DNA of 64,000 nucleotides, from assembly GCA_040754455.1 (NCBI GenBank), contig JBFMCP010000001.1, forward strand, positions 215,720-279,719, read 5' to 3'. Shown piece after piece: positions 20,694 to 29,840 of this stretch (the stretch's first letter is position 1; every line of letters begins with the position of its first letter). Under the pieces are notes generated by a model. That model saw nothing but the letters and a program-made list of their open reading frames with translations. It did not search any database and was not told the origin of the DNA. Made by a program: the position numbers and the translations under genes. This stretch comes from Nitrospirota bacterium. GTDB taxonomy: Bacteria; Nitrospirota; Thermodesulfovibrionia; Thermodesulfovibrionales; Dissulfurispiraceae.

Positions 20694-21770
20694 TCATGAA
20701 GATTGCTGCTTCCCCGCTACAAGTTCCTCAATTGCCTTCAGGAAGACATCCATCTCTTCGTCCGTTCCGATACTCACCCTGAGATAGTTGTCGATCCTCG
20801 GCGCGTTGAAATAGCGCACCAGAATGCCCTTCTCCCTCAATTGCCGGAGCAGTGCACCTGCAGGGACTTTCGGATGGCTGATGAAGACGAAGTTGGCCTG
20901 TGACGATGTTATAATAAAACCTATTTCTCTCAAGCGCGCAGCTACGCGCTCCCTCGTCTGTTTGATCTTTGCAGTAGTCTCTTCGAAGTAGGCGCGGTCC
21001 CTCATGGCTGCAGCGGCTCCGGCAAGAGCGAGACGGTCCAGCGTATAGGCATTGATGCAATTTTTGACCCGGTCGAGCCCCTGGATCAGCTCTCTCTGCC
21101 CGAGGGCAAAGCCCACACGGAGGCCCGCCAGCGCACGGGATTTGGAGAAGGTCTGCGTCACCAGGAGATTCGGATACTCTCGGATGAGACGCGCTGCCGA
21201 CGGCCCTGCAAAATCGATATACGCTTCATCGATAATCACAACGTGCTCTTTATTGTTGTCGAGAATACTCCTGATCGCATCGAGCGGCAGATAGATGCCG
21301 GTCGGCGCGTTCGGATTGGGAATGATGATGCCGCCGTTTTCTCTGAAAAAACCCTCGACCGGTATCGTGAAATCTGCTGAAAGGGGGACCGTCTTGTGAT
21401 CGATACGAAACAGGCCGGCAATCGTCGGATAAAAGGTATAGGTAACATCGGGAAGGAGAATCGGGCTGCCGGGATTGAAAAAAGCTGGCAATGCAAAGGC
21501 CAGCACCTCGTCGGAGCTGTTCCCTACGAATACCTCATCGATGCTCAGATCATAATACTCTGCGATAGCGGTCCTGAGCTCCCTGCACTCAGGATCAGGG
21601 TACAGCCGCAGCCGTTCGTTTGCGGTGCTCTTTATGGCATCGATTACCCGCGGCGAGGGGGGATAGGGGTTCTCATTGGTGTTCAGCTTTATGTAGGTCC
21701 TGCCGGTCGGCTGCTCCCCCGCTACATAAGGCACGATGGTTCGCGCAAGATCGCTCCAGTATCTGCTCAC
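20694..21770 (-). CDS. hisC: Histidinol-phosphate/aromatic aminotransferase, copy 2
   Basis: IKLNTNENPYPPS, NPNAPTG, DEAYIDF, TFSKSRALAGLRVG. Confidence 0.88.
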   Translation of the reverse strand: MSRYWSDLARTIVPYVAGEQPTGRTYIKLNTNENPYPPSPRVIDAIKSTANERLRLYPDPECRELRTAIAEYYDLSIDEVFVGNSSDEVLAFALPAFFNPGSPILLPDVTYTFYPTIAGLFRIDHKTVPLSADFTIPVEGFFRENGGIIIPNPNAPTGIYLPLDAIRSILDNNKEHVVIIDEAYIDFAGPSAARLIREYPNLLVTQTFSKSRALAGLRVGFALGQRELIQGLDRVKNCINAYTLDRLALAGAAAAMRDRAYFEETTAKIKQTRERVAARLREIGFIITSSQANFVFISHPKVPAGALLRQLREKGILVRYFNAPRIDNYLRVSIGTDEEMDVFLKAIEELVAGKQQSS

Positions 21771-21791
21771 GTTTGGCAGTCCTTTTGCGTG

Positions 21792-22808
21792 CTACAAATA
21801 TCTTCCCACTGCCAGTGCAATCGTCTTCATCTCACCCATGAGCGTTACGAACTGGGCGGGATTTAAAGACTGCGCACCGTCGCAGAGGGCCTTTTCAGGC
21901 TCGGGATGAACCTCGATAATAAGGCCGTCGGCGCCGACCGCTATCGCTGCTTTAGACAATGCGGGAACGTACTGAACATGTCCGGCGGCATGGCTCGGGT
22001 CGATGATAATGGGCAGATGGGATTTCGCCTTGACCACCGGCACACAACTGATATCGAGGGTGCTTCTCGTTGCGGTCTCGAAGGTCCTTATGCCTCTCTC
22101 GCAGAGCACAACGCTCCTGTTGCCTTCAGAGAGGATATATTCGGTAGCCATGAGAAACTCGTCGATCGTCGTGGACATCCCCCGCTTGAGCAGCACCGGT
22201 TTTTTCGTCTGCCCCAGCAATGAGAGAAGCGCAAAATTCTGAATGTTCCGCGCGCCGACCTGGAACATATCGGCGTATTTATACACCAGATCGATATCCT
22301 TCGGATTCACCACTTCGGTGACGACGGGAAGGCCCGTCGCCTCCCGCGCCTTTGCCAGGTATTTGAGGCCTTCTTCTCCGAGACCCTGGAAGGCATAGGG
22401 GCTGGTCCTCGGCTTGAACGCGCCGCCCCGCAACATCTTCGCGCCCGCGGACTTCACCTGCTCGGCGACCTTGATCATCTGGGTTTCGCTCTCCACCGAG
22501 CAGGGCCCGGCGATCACGACGATCTCTTCGCCGCCGATCTTGACGCCCGATACATCTACCACAGAGGCTTCCCGTTTTACCTCTTTGCTCGCAAGCTTAT
22601 AGGGCTTTGATATGGGAACGATCCGGTCGACGCCTTCAAAGTCCTCCAGAATGTTGACCTCGTCCCGGTTGCCGCCTACGCCGACGAGACCGACAACGTT
22701 CCGTTCCTTTCCGTAAATAACGTGCGGGGTAAAACCGAGTTCCTCCGCCTTTTTGCAGACCAGTTTAAGGTCCTCTTCGGTAGCTCCCATCTTCATTACG
22801 ACAATCAT
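21792..22808 (-). CDS. aroF: DAHP synthase class I-beta, copy 2
   Basis: [40 protein letters not shown]. Confidence 0.93.
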   Translation of the reverse strand: MIVVMKMGATEEDLKLVCKKAEELGFTPHVIYGKERNVVGLVGVGGNRDEVNILEDFEGVDRIVPISKPYKLASKEVKREASVVDVSGVKIGGEEIVVIAGPCSVESETQMIKVAEQVKSAGAKMLRGGAFKPRTSPYAFQGLGEEGLKYLAKAREATGLPVVTEVVNPKDIDLVYKYADMFQVGARNIQNFALLSLLGQTKKPVLLKRGMSTTIDEFLMATEYILSEGNRSVVLCERGIRTFETATRSTLDISCVPVVKAKSHLPIIIDPSHAAGHVQYVPALSKAAIAVGADGLIIEVHPEPEKALCDGAQSLNPAQFVTLMGEMKTIALAVGRYL

Positions 22809-22824
22809 GGCACCTCACCTCGAT

Positions 22825-22929
22825 AAAAATTTAAATTCAAATTCCAGACACCAAACTCTAAACAAATCCAAAAATTCCGATTTTCATTTGAATTTGTTTA
22901 GAATTTCGGATTTGGAGTTGAGGATTTTT
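22825..22929. repeat. Heptamer tandem / inverted-arm element (AAATTCC family); supplies the paaI C-terminus and stop
   Basis: AAATTCC AGACACC AAACTCT AAACAAA ... TTTGTTT AGAATTT CGGATTT GGAGTTG AGGATTT. Confidence 0.75.
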
Positions 22930-23338
22930 CTTTTGCTCCTTCTGTCTTTCTCGGCAGCGGCAGCGCCGTTGCCATTCCCTGGGCAATGAGCTTTCCTGTT
23001 TTTTCGCTCTCCGCCTTGAATTCGACGACCAGCAGGCTCTTCCCTTTATGCACAGTCCTCGCCTCGGCCCTCACGGAATCACCTTTTACCGTAGAGCGGA
23101 ATATATTGAAGCTCCACTGAACACCAACGGCATCGACCACCGAATTCACCGCCAGCGCAAAGGCCACATCCAGGAGCGCGAAGATCATGCCGCCGTGAGC
23201 GATTTCATGAGCGTTCAGGAACTGTTCTTTCACTCCGGCCCTGACAACCGCATGCCCTTCGGAAGCCTCCACCAGCTCCATATCGAAGAGGTGAAAGAGC
23301 CGGTCTCCCTGCACGATCTGTTTGACTCTGCTGACCAT
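22898..23338 (-). CDS. paaI: PaaI-family hot-dog thioesterase
   Basis: FLNAHEIAHGGMIFALLD motif; SD GGAGG before ATG 23338. Confidence 0.85.
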   Translation of the reverse strand: MVSRVKQIVQGDRLFHLFDMELVEASEGHAVVRAGVKEQFLNAHEIAHGGMIFALLDVAFALAVNSVVDAVGVQWSFNIFRSTVKGDSVRAEARTVHKGKSLLVVEFKAESEKTGKLIAQGMATALPLPRKTEGAKEKSSTPNPKF

Positions 23339-23515
23339 TATTATCCTCCGGCCGCTTTCCGGAATTTCATGACAGTATCTGTTATTTTGTAGAATTATCA
23401 GTCGATAAAGCAAATAAATTTTACTACAAACCTGCTTTTTTGTATAATAAAGTCCCTGTTTCAGGCTTTTATCTAGATACGAGAGCACTACAATTCACTA
23501 TAAGGAGGGTAAGGG

Positions 23516-24673
23516 ATGAAACGAGCACGTAAGTTTCTGGCAATATTCTTTGCTGTTTTTTTCGTGGTGGGAGCATTGACAACCGTCTATGCTAAGGAGC
23601 CGTATAAAATCGGTGCCGTCTTCGCTGTAACCGGTCCTGCCTCATTCCTGGGGGAGCCCGAAAAAAATACCACTCTCATGCTCAAAGACCAGATCAATGC
23701 CGCGGGTGGCATCAATGGAACACCAATAGAGATCATTATCGAGGATTCCAAGAGTGATGAGACGCAGGCAGTCCTGGCAGCCAAAAAGCTCCTGGAGAAA
23801 GATAATGTTTTGGCAATTATAGGGCCGTCGACAACAGGGGAGTCCATGGCGCTTGTCCCCATCATGAACGCTGCCAAAACGCCACTCATTTCTTGTGCTG
23901 CAGGGGCGGGCATAACCCAGCCTGTTAAGGAACGGTACTGGATATTCAAGACTCCCCAGTATGATGTCAGCGCTGTTGAGGCTATCTATACACATATGAA
24001 AAAACAGAAGATATCAAAAATCGGTATTGTATCAATCTCTACCGGCTTCGGCGATGCCGGCAGAAAAGCGCTCCTCGATATGGCCCCCAAATACGGTATG
24101 ACCATTGTAGCCGATGAACGCTATGGTCCCAAGGACTCCGACATGACCACCCAGCTCACCAAGATCAAGGCCGCAGGCGCACAGGCGGTCATCAACTGGT
24201 CCGTCGGCCCCGGCCAAGTTGTAGTGACCAAAAACTGGGCAGCCCTCAAGATGGGGATTCCGCTCTATCAAAGCCACGGATGGGGCAGCAAGAAAAATAT
24301 CGAGCTGGCAGGAAAAGCTGCCGAGGGAGTAATCGCTCCCCTTGGAAGACTGGTAGTCTGGGATAAACTTCACGATACGCATCCTCAAAAAGCATTGCTC
24401 AAGAAGTATTCGCGGGACTATGAAGCTAAATTCAAGGGCGAGCCAGGTACCTTCGGCGGCCACGCGTACGATTCCCTCATGATGGTTGTCGAAGCACTCA
24501 AGAAAGTCGGACCTGACAAGAAGAAAATAAGAGATTATATTGAAACCAAAATCAAGAAGTGGCCCGGTACGGGCGGTATCTTCAACATGTCGCCGCAGGA
24601 CCACTGCGGTCTTGATAAAACCGCCTTTGAAATGGTGGTCGTCAAGAACGGCGACTGGGAGATCCTGAAGTAG
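23516..24673 (+). CDS. livK: Liv-type (HAAT) ABC transporter substrate-binding protein
   Basis: Signal peptide, TGPASFLG, INAAGGING, IIGPSTTG. Confidence 0.88.
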   Translation: MKRARKFLAIFFAVFFVVGALTTVYAKEPYKIGAVFAVTGPASFLGEPEKNTTLMLKDQINAAGGINGTPIEIIIEDSKSDETQAVLAAKKLLEKDNVLAIIGPSTTGESMALVPIMNAAKTPLISCAAGAGITQPVKERYWIFKTPQYDVSAVEAIYTHMKKQKISKIGIVSISTGFGDAGRKALLDMAPKYGMTIVADERYGPKDSDMTTQLTKIKAAGAQAVINWSVGPGQVVVTKNWAALKMGIPLYQSHGWGSKKNIELAGKAAEGVIAPLGRLVVWDKLHDTHPQKALLKKYSRDYEAKFKGEPGTFGGHAYDSLMMVVEALKKVGPDKKKIRDYIETKIKKWPGTGGIFNMSPQDHCGLDKTAFEMVVVKNGDWEILK

Positions 24674-24681
24674 CATCGGTT

Positions 24682-24712
24682 AAACAGGGGGGAGGGAATC
24701 CCCCCTTATTTT
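24682..24712 (+). terminator. Hairpin after the binding-protein gene (attenuating terminator or mRNA stabiliser)
   Basis: G-rich/C-rich stem followed by TTATTTTT. Confidence 0.5.
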
Positions 24713-24737
24713 TGCAGAATCTGTGGAGGCAGTTGCA

Positions 24738-25622
24738 GTGACGGTCTTTTTGCAGTTCCTGTTCTCGGGGCTCACCATAGGGGCGGTTTATGCGATGGTA
24801 GGCCTCGGATTTAATATCATCTACAATGCAACCTCGATCATCAATCTCGCCCAGGGAGAGTTCGTCGTTATCGGGGGATTGGTGATGTGGTTCTTTATCG
24901 AGTCGGTAAAGCTGCCCTTCCTTGTCTCTCTTGTGCTCACGCTCCTCACCACAGGGGTTGTGGCATTGCTCATGGAACGCCTGACCATCAAGCCCCTGAA
25001 AAAGACCGACCTGCTCTTGATGATCATGATCACGGTGGCTGTCTCGATTGTCCTGCGGGGACTGCTCATGTTCAAATTCGGCAAAGAGCCCTACGTCTAT
25101 GCACCCTTCACCGAGGGCGAGCCGCTCCAGATCTACGGCGCAATCATCCAGCAGCAGACGCTGTGGATCATCGGTATTACCTGTTGCTGCATCGTTCTCA
25201 TTTATCTTTTTTTCAGCAGGACGCTCCTCGGCAAGGCGATGCGTGCCTGTGCCGTCAACCCCACAGCCGCCAAGCTCGTCGGGATCAATGTGGAGAGAAT
25301 GGTCATGATCTCCTTTGTCCTGAGCGCCATCATGGGCGCAATAGCCGGCGTCGCGATAACCCCGATCTCGCTCATGGAATATGACAAAGGCCCGATGCTT
25401 GCCGTAAAAGGGTTTTCTGCCGCCATCATGGGCGGCCTCGGCCGCGGCAGAGGATCGGTCATTGGAGGGTTCATCATCGGTATCCTCGAATCCATGACCG
25501 CAGGATACCTCCATTCAGGACTGAAAGACGCGGTGGCATTGATCATTCTGCTCGCCGTGCTCTTCTTCAGACCTGCCGGGCTTTTCGGCAGCAAGGCCAT
25601 GCTTCAGCTACGGAAGTTTTAA
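24738..25622 (+). CDS. livH: HAAT ABC permease
   Basis: IINLAQGE, GKAMRACA, AIMGGLG, RPAGLFG; SD GGAGG before GTG. Confidence 0.9.
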   Translation: MTVFLQFLFSGLTIGAVYAMVGLGFNIIYNATSIINLAQGEFVVIGGLVMWFFIESVKLPFLVSLVLTLLTTGVVALLMERLTIKPLKKTDLLLMIMITVAVSIVLRGLLMFKFGKEPYVYAPFTEGEPLQIYGAIIQQQTLWIIGITCCCIVLIYLFFSRTLLGKAMRACAVNPTAAKLVGINVERMVMISFVLSAIMGAIAGVAITPISLMEYDKGPMLAVKGFSAAIMGGLGRGRGSVIGGFIIGILESMTAGYLHSGLKDAVALIILLAVLFFRPAGLFGSKAMLQLRKF

Positions 25623-25625
25623 GCC

Positions 25626-26561
25626 ATGTCGAGAGGAAATCGCACCGCCTACATAGTCTTTGTAGCGCTTATCATATTGTTCCCCCTTCTCTTCGGGGGA
25701 AGCTCCTATACTATCAGCATCGGTCTCTTTGCTGGAATCAATGCGCTGGTAGCTATAGGATTAAGCATCCTCATGGGCTACGCAGGACAGATATCCCTGG
25801 GACAGGCGGGTTTTTATGGTATCGGCGCCTATGTCTCCGCCATCCTCAGCACAAAATACGGGATGCCCGTTGTACCCAGTCTCGCCGCGGCAATGGTCAC
25901 GGCCAGCTGTGCCTCGGTATTCCTTGCCATTCCCGCCCTGAGGTTGAAGGGCCACTATCTGGCGGTTGCCACCCTGGGATTCGGCGAGATTGTCCATGTG
26001 GCACTGAACGAGTGGGGGCCCGGTGGTCCGTCGGGGTTCGGCGACATACCGCACTTCAGTGTGTTCGGATACACTTTTACGACAGCAAATGAATATTTTT
26101 ATCTCGTCTGGGGCATCGTGGCGGTCGTCATGATCTTCTCCTTCAACCTCATCAACTCGAGAATCGGCAGGGCCTTCAGGGCCATTCACGACAGCGAGCT
26201 GGCGAGCAATGCAATGGGAGTCGATGTCGCCGACCTGAAAGTGAAGGTCTTTATTCTGAGCGCACTCTATGCAGCGCTGGCGGGCGGCCTCTATGCCCAC
26301 TACATCACGTTTATAAGCCCGGGCAATTTTACGCTCTTTTATTCCGTGCTGGTGCTGATGATGGTCGTCGTAGGGGGGATCAACAATCTGTGGGGTGCGG
26401 TCATCGGTTCGATATTCATAACGGTGCTGCCCGAACTGCTCAGAAAGTTCGAGGAGTTCGATGTCCTGGCCTACGGTCTTATCCTGACCCTTTCGCTGCT
26501 GTTCTTCAGAAAAGGCGTAGTGCCGCTCATAACAGAAAAATTAAAAAAGAGGAGCATGTAG
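25626..26561 (+). CDS. livM: HAAT ABC permease
   Basis: GYAGQISLGQAGF, RLKGHYLAVATLGFGE, GRAFRAIHDSE. Confidence 0.9.
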   Translation: MSRGNRTAYIVFVALIILFPLLFGGSSYTISIGLFAGINALVAIGLSILMGYAGQISLGQAGFYGIGAYVSAILSTKYGMPVVPSLAAAMVTASCASVFLAIPALRLKGHYLAVATLGFGEIVHVALNEWGPGGPSGFGDIPHFSVFGYTFTTANEYFYLVWGIVAVVMIFSFNLINSRIGRAFRAIHDSELASNAMGVDVADLKVKVFILSALYAALAGGLYAHYITFISPGNFTLFYSVLVLMMVVVGGINNLWGAVIGSIFITVLPELLRKFEEFDVLAYGLILTLSLLFFRKGVVPLITEKLKKRSM

Positions 26562-26563
26562 CG

Positions 26564-27328
26564 GTGCTCGAAGTCAGGAATATAGGGAAAAATTTCGGCG
26601 GACTCGTTGCGCTCCGCGATATCAACTTCATCGTAGCGGAGCGCGAGATCAGGGCGATCATCGGCCCCAACGGGGCAGGGAAGACGACGCTTCTCAACAT
26701 CGTGAGCGGGATCTATCCGCCCGATCAGGGAGAGGTCATGCTCTCGGGCAAAAAGATCAGCTCACTCTCTCCCGTTAAAATCGCACGGAAGGGCATTTCC
26801 CGCACCTTCCAGCATGTCGAGCTCTTCGGCAGCATGACCGTGCTGGAGAATGTCATGCTTGGGCGGCATGTAAAGACCGGGGCGGGGTTCATTGCCTCGG
26901 GGCTCAAACTCCCCTTTGTGCTCCGTGAAGAGCAGAAGATCAGAAGAAAGAGCGAAGAGATCCTCGAGTATATCGGGCTTGCCCATCGGAAAGACGAACC
27001 AGCATCGAACCTCCCCATCGGCGAAGAAAGAATCCTCGAAATCGGCAGGGCGCTGGCGACCGAGCCGAAGCTGCTGCTTCTGGACGAACCCGCATCAGGG
27101 CTGAACGAAGCGGAGACGCTCCAATTGACTTCCTCCATCAAGCAGCTGCGTGATGAGAAAGGGATCACCATCATCCTGGTCGAGCATGACATGGGATTGG
27201 TGATGAACCTCTCCGAAAGGATTACCGTCCTTGATTTCGGTGAGCAGCTAGCCGAGGGTACCCCCGAGGAAATACGGAACAACAAACTGGTAATCGATGC
27301 CTATCTCGGAGCGGAGGATATCGTCTGA
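26564..27328 (+). CDS. livG: HAAT ABC ATP-binding protein
   Basis: FGGLVAL, GPNGAGKTT, RTFQ, LLLDEP, VEHDM; SD AGGAG before GTG 26564. Confidence 0.9.
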   Translation: MLEVRNIGKNFGGLVALRDINFIVAEREIRAIIGPNGAGKTTLLNIVSGIYPPDQGEVMLSGKKISSLSPVKIARKGISRTFQHVELFGSMTVLENVMLGRHVKTGAGFIASGLKLPFVLREEQKIRRKSEEILEYIGLAHRKDEPASNLPIGEERILEIGRALATEPKLLLLDEPASGLNEAETLQLTSSIKQLRDEKGITIILVEHDMGLVMNLSERITVLDFGEQLAEGTPEEIRNNKLVIDAYLGAEDIV

Positions 27329-28044
27329 TGCTGCTGGACATCAGGAATCTCAAGGTCTCGTATGGCGGCATCAGCGCGCTCCACGGCATTTCGCTCGCCT
27401 TTCAGGAAAAGAGCATTGTGAGCATCATCGGCGCCAACGGCGCCGGAAAGACAACGCTCCTCAATGCGGTCATGAACATCGTCCCTCTTGTCTCCGGAGA
27501 GATTTATTTCGACAACGTGAACATCACCAAAGCGCCGACGCATGAACTGGTGCAGAGGGGGATAAGCCTGGTGCCCGAAGGCCGCATGCTCTTCGGTCAT
27601 CTGACGGTCCAGGACAATCTCTCCCTCGGTGCCTATCTTTTTATCAATAAAATCGGAAAAAAGGAGGTGGAGAAAAGGGCAGAGAGAATATTTGAGCTTT
27701 TCCCGATTCTGAAAGAGAGGAAAAAGCAGCTCGCAGGAACCCTGAGCGGCGGACAGCAGCAGATGCTCGCCATCGGAAGGGCGCTCATGGCGTCACCGCG
27801 CCTGCTCATGCTCGATGAACCGTCGATGGGGCTTGCACCGCTCCTGGTGAAGGACATCTTCCGGGTCATCAAGCACCTCAATGAGGAATCGATGAGCATC
27901 CTGCTGATCGAGCAGAATGCGCGGGCAGCATTGAAGCTTTCCCACTATGCCTTTGTCCTGGAATCTGGAGAACTGGCAGGCCACGGCACGGGAAAGGAGC
28001 TTCTCGACAATGAAAGAGTAAAGAAGGCGTATCTGGGGGGTTAA
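27328..28044 (+). CDS. livF: HAAT ABC ATP-binding protein
   Basis: GANGAGKTT, VPEGR, LSGGQQQM, LDEPSMGLAP, IEQNA. Confidence 0.92.
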   Translation: MLLDIRNLKVSYGGISALHGISLAFQEKSIVSIIGANGAGKTTLLNAVMNIVPLVSGEIYFDNVNITKAPTHELVQRGISLVPEGRMLFGHLTVQDNLSLGAYLFINKIGKKEVEKRAERIFELFPILKERKKQLAGTLSGGQQQMLAIGRALMASPRLLMLDEPSMGLAPLLVKDIFRVIKHLNEESMSILLIEQNARAALKLSHYAFVLESGELAGHGTGKELLDNERVKKAYLGG

Positions 28045-28065
28045 AAAACAAAACAGGAGGATGGG

Positions 28066-29499
28066 ATGAGAAGGCTTTGGATGTTGCTGACGTTGCTGTT
28101 GGTCTCACTTTTGTTTGTCTCATCGGTGTACGCTGAAGTAAAGTTTGATTACGGGGCGTCGTTAAGACTTCGGCAGGAGATCTGGGATGATGTTATTAAT
28201 CTTGACACTCCCACAACAATTACTCCAGCAAAAATCGCTGCGAGAGACAGAAACTTTTTCAGACTCAGGACACAGGTCTGGGGCAAGGCAGACTTCACCA
28301 AAGACCTCGGTGCATATCTGAGGCTCACCAACGAGGCCAAGTACTATATAGGTCCCTTCAGGCCTAATGAGGGCAGGACTGATGCAAGTGCAAACAGAGA
28401 CAGGCTCGATGAAGACGAGCTCATCATCGATAATTTCTATTTCGATGCGAAAAATGTGTTCGGACTTCCTGTTGATGTGCGTATCGGCCGTCAGGATTTC
28501 CTCGGTCCTGACAGCTACGGCGAGGGATTTCTCCTCCTCGACGGCACACCTAATGACGGCTCAAGGAGCTTCTACTTCAATGCAGCCAGGCTGAGGTGGA
28601 AGATCACCCCGAAGAACAGTATCGATTTCGTCTATATCAGCAACCCAATGACTGACATCTATATGCCGTCGCTTCATCCTGCATCGACAGGCTCGGCATC
28701 TTTTGTAGACAATAAAAAATTGCTGAACGCTTCAGATGAGCAAGGCTTTATGGTGTACAGCAGGAATAAAGTGGGAGACAATCTCACGGTAGAGCCATAC
28801 TATATCTACAAATCGGAAGAAGGCTTCGCCCCCGGCGGAAGCAATCCCGTATTACCAAGCCTGCACCTCAACACGGTCGGTGCGCGCATCGTGTATGCTA
28901 TTCCAAACAGCTGGAAATTCGGCGGAGAATTCGCCCATCAGTTCGGAGAGTATTCCGGTGGGAGAGATAGGAGAGGCAACGGCGGGTATATCTTCGTTGG
29001 ACGCGCATACCCTAATGTGAAGTGGAAGCCCGAGTTTGATCTCCGCTATGTCTACCTGTCGGGCGATGATCCCGATACGACGAAGCACGAAGGATGGAAC
29101 CCCCTCTTTTCAAGGGCGCCTTACTGGAATGAGCTCATCATCTACACGCTCATCAATGAAACCAGAGCTACTTCCGGTGCTATTCCCGGCTACTGGACTA
29201 ATATGCATATTTACAAAGCATCGACAAAGCTGAACTTCAACGAGAACACCAATCTCACTCTCGCCTACCAGTATCTCAGGGCTGATGAGGAGACCAATAT
29301 CACCGGTGGCGCAGTCGGATCGATGTTCAGCAATGATGATAAAGACAGAGGGCATCTCCCAACGGCTTTCCTTAATCACAAGTTCTCGAAGAAGGTCGAT
29401 GGATTCCTGCAGTTCGAGTACTTTGTCCCCGGAGACTTCTACGGCAGTTCAGCAGACAACGCCATTTTCTTCAGGTGGCAGCTGCAGGTTAAGCTGTAA
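28066..29499 (+). CDS. Outer-membrane beta-barrel porin (alginate-export-like family)
   Basis: Signal peptide, alternating beta strands, RIGRQD, YLSGDDPDT, C-terminal FRWQLQVKL. Confidence 0.72.
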   Translation: MRRLWMLLTLLLVSLLFVSSVYAEVKFDYGASLRLRQEIWDDVINLDTPTTITPAKIAARDRNFFRLRTQVWGKADFTKDLGAYLRLTNEAKYYIGPFRPNEGRTDASANRDRLDEDELIIDNFYFDAKNVFGLPVDVRIGRQDFLGPDSYGEGFLLLDGTPNDGSRSFYFNAARLRWKITPKNSIDFVYISNPMTDIYMPSLHPASTGSASFVDNKKLLNASDEQGFMVYSRNKVGDNLTVEPYYIYKSEEGFAPGGSNPVLPSLHLNTVGARIVYAIPNSWKFGGEFAHQFGEYSGGRDRRGNGGYIFVGRAYPNVKWKPEFDLRYVYLSGDDPDTTKHEGWNPLFSRAPYWNELIIYTLINETRATSGAIPGYWTNMHIYKASTKLNFNENTNLTLAYQYLRADEETNITGGAVGSMFSNDDKDRGHLPTAFLNHKFSKKVDGFLQFEYFVPGDFYGSSADNAIFFRWQLQVKL

Positions 29500-29520
29500 T
29501 CCTACTTTCAGTTTCTTTCG

Positions 29521-29550
29521 AGCCCCCTCTCCGGAGGGGGCTTTTTTCTT
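29521..29550 (+). terminator. Intrinsic terminator of the liv-porin operon
   Basis: AGCCCCCTC-TCCG-GAGGGGGCT followed by a T tract. Confidence 0.85.
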
Positions 29551-29586
29551 CAGGGCAAATGATCGATATAGGAGTCAGAGGAAAGA

Positions 29587-29741
29587 GGCAGGAAGGGGTA
29601 CGGAAAGGAGCTTGCTCGCGCCTCCTTATACTTCCACTAAGGCTTCAAACTCTTAAAAGCAATTATTCTTATGCAGAGTATTGCATATCCGTTTATCATT
29701 AATGCGCATTGAGAAAGCTTCTTGGAGTGCCCCTTCCTGCC
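29587..29741 (+). repeat. 155-bp structured dispersed repeat, copy 2
   Basis: GGCAGGAAGGGGTAC...GTGCCCCTTCCTGCC; collinear with the reverse complement of 936-1089. Confidence 0.8.
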
Positions 29742-29840
29742 TGTACCACATACGCGTACTTCCTCTGTTGATGCGTTTGCCCTGTTATTTTTCACGCAAT
29801 GAGGAGCTTTTTCGGTCAAAAAGATATATAATAGAACGCT

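Noticed and set aside
23385..23430. Palindromes in the paaI/livK divergent region (TTATC-N4-GATAA; TTTGTAG...CTACAAA)
   Set aside because: Short matches in AT-rich DNA with no regulator gene nearby; could be chance.
26390..26563. 58-aa N-terminal extension of LivG in the ORF track
   Set aside because: Overlaps livM; a good SD precedes GTG 26564 where LivG similarity starts. Similar over-extended starts were trimmed for pheA, paaI, ispH, nifU and the FHA gene.
28066..29499. Alginate biosynthesis or export
   Set aside because: No alg genes nearby; context after a Liv transporter favours small-solute uptake.
9232..29840. T-box, attenuator or riboswitch upstream of aromatic amino-acid genes
   Set aside because: No T-box consensus, Phe/Tyr/Trp-rich leader peptide or riboswitch core was recognised by eye; an Rfam scan would be needed to exclude them.
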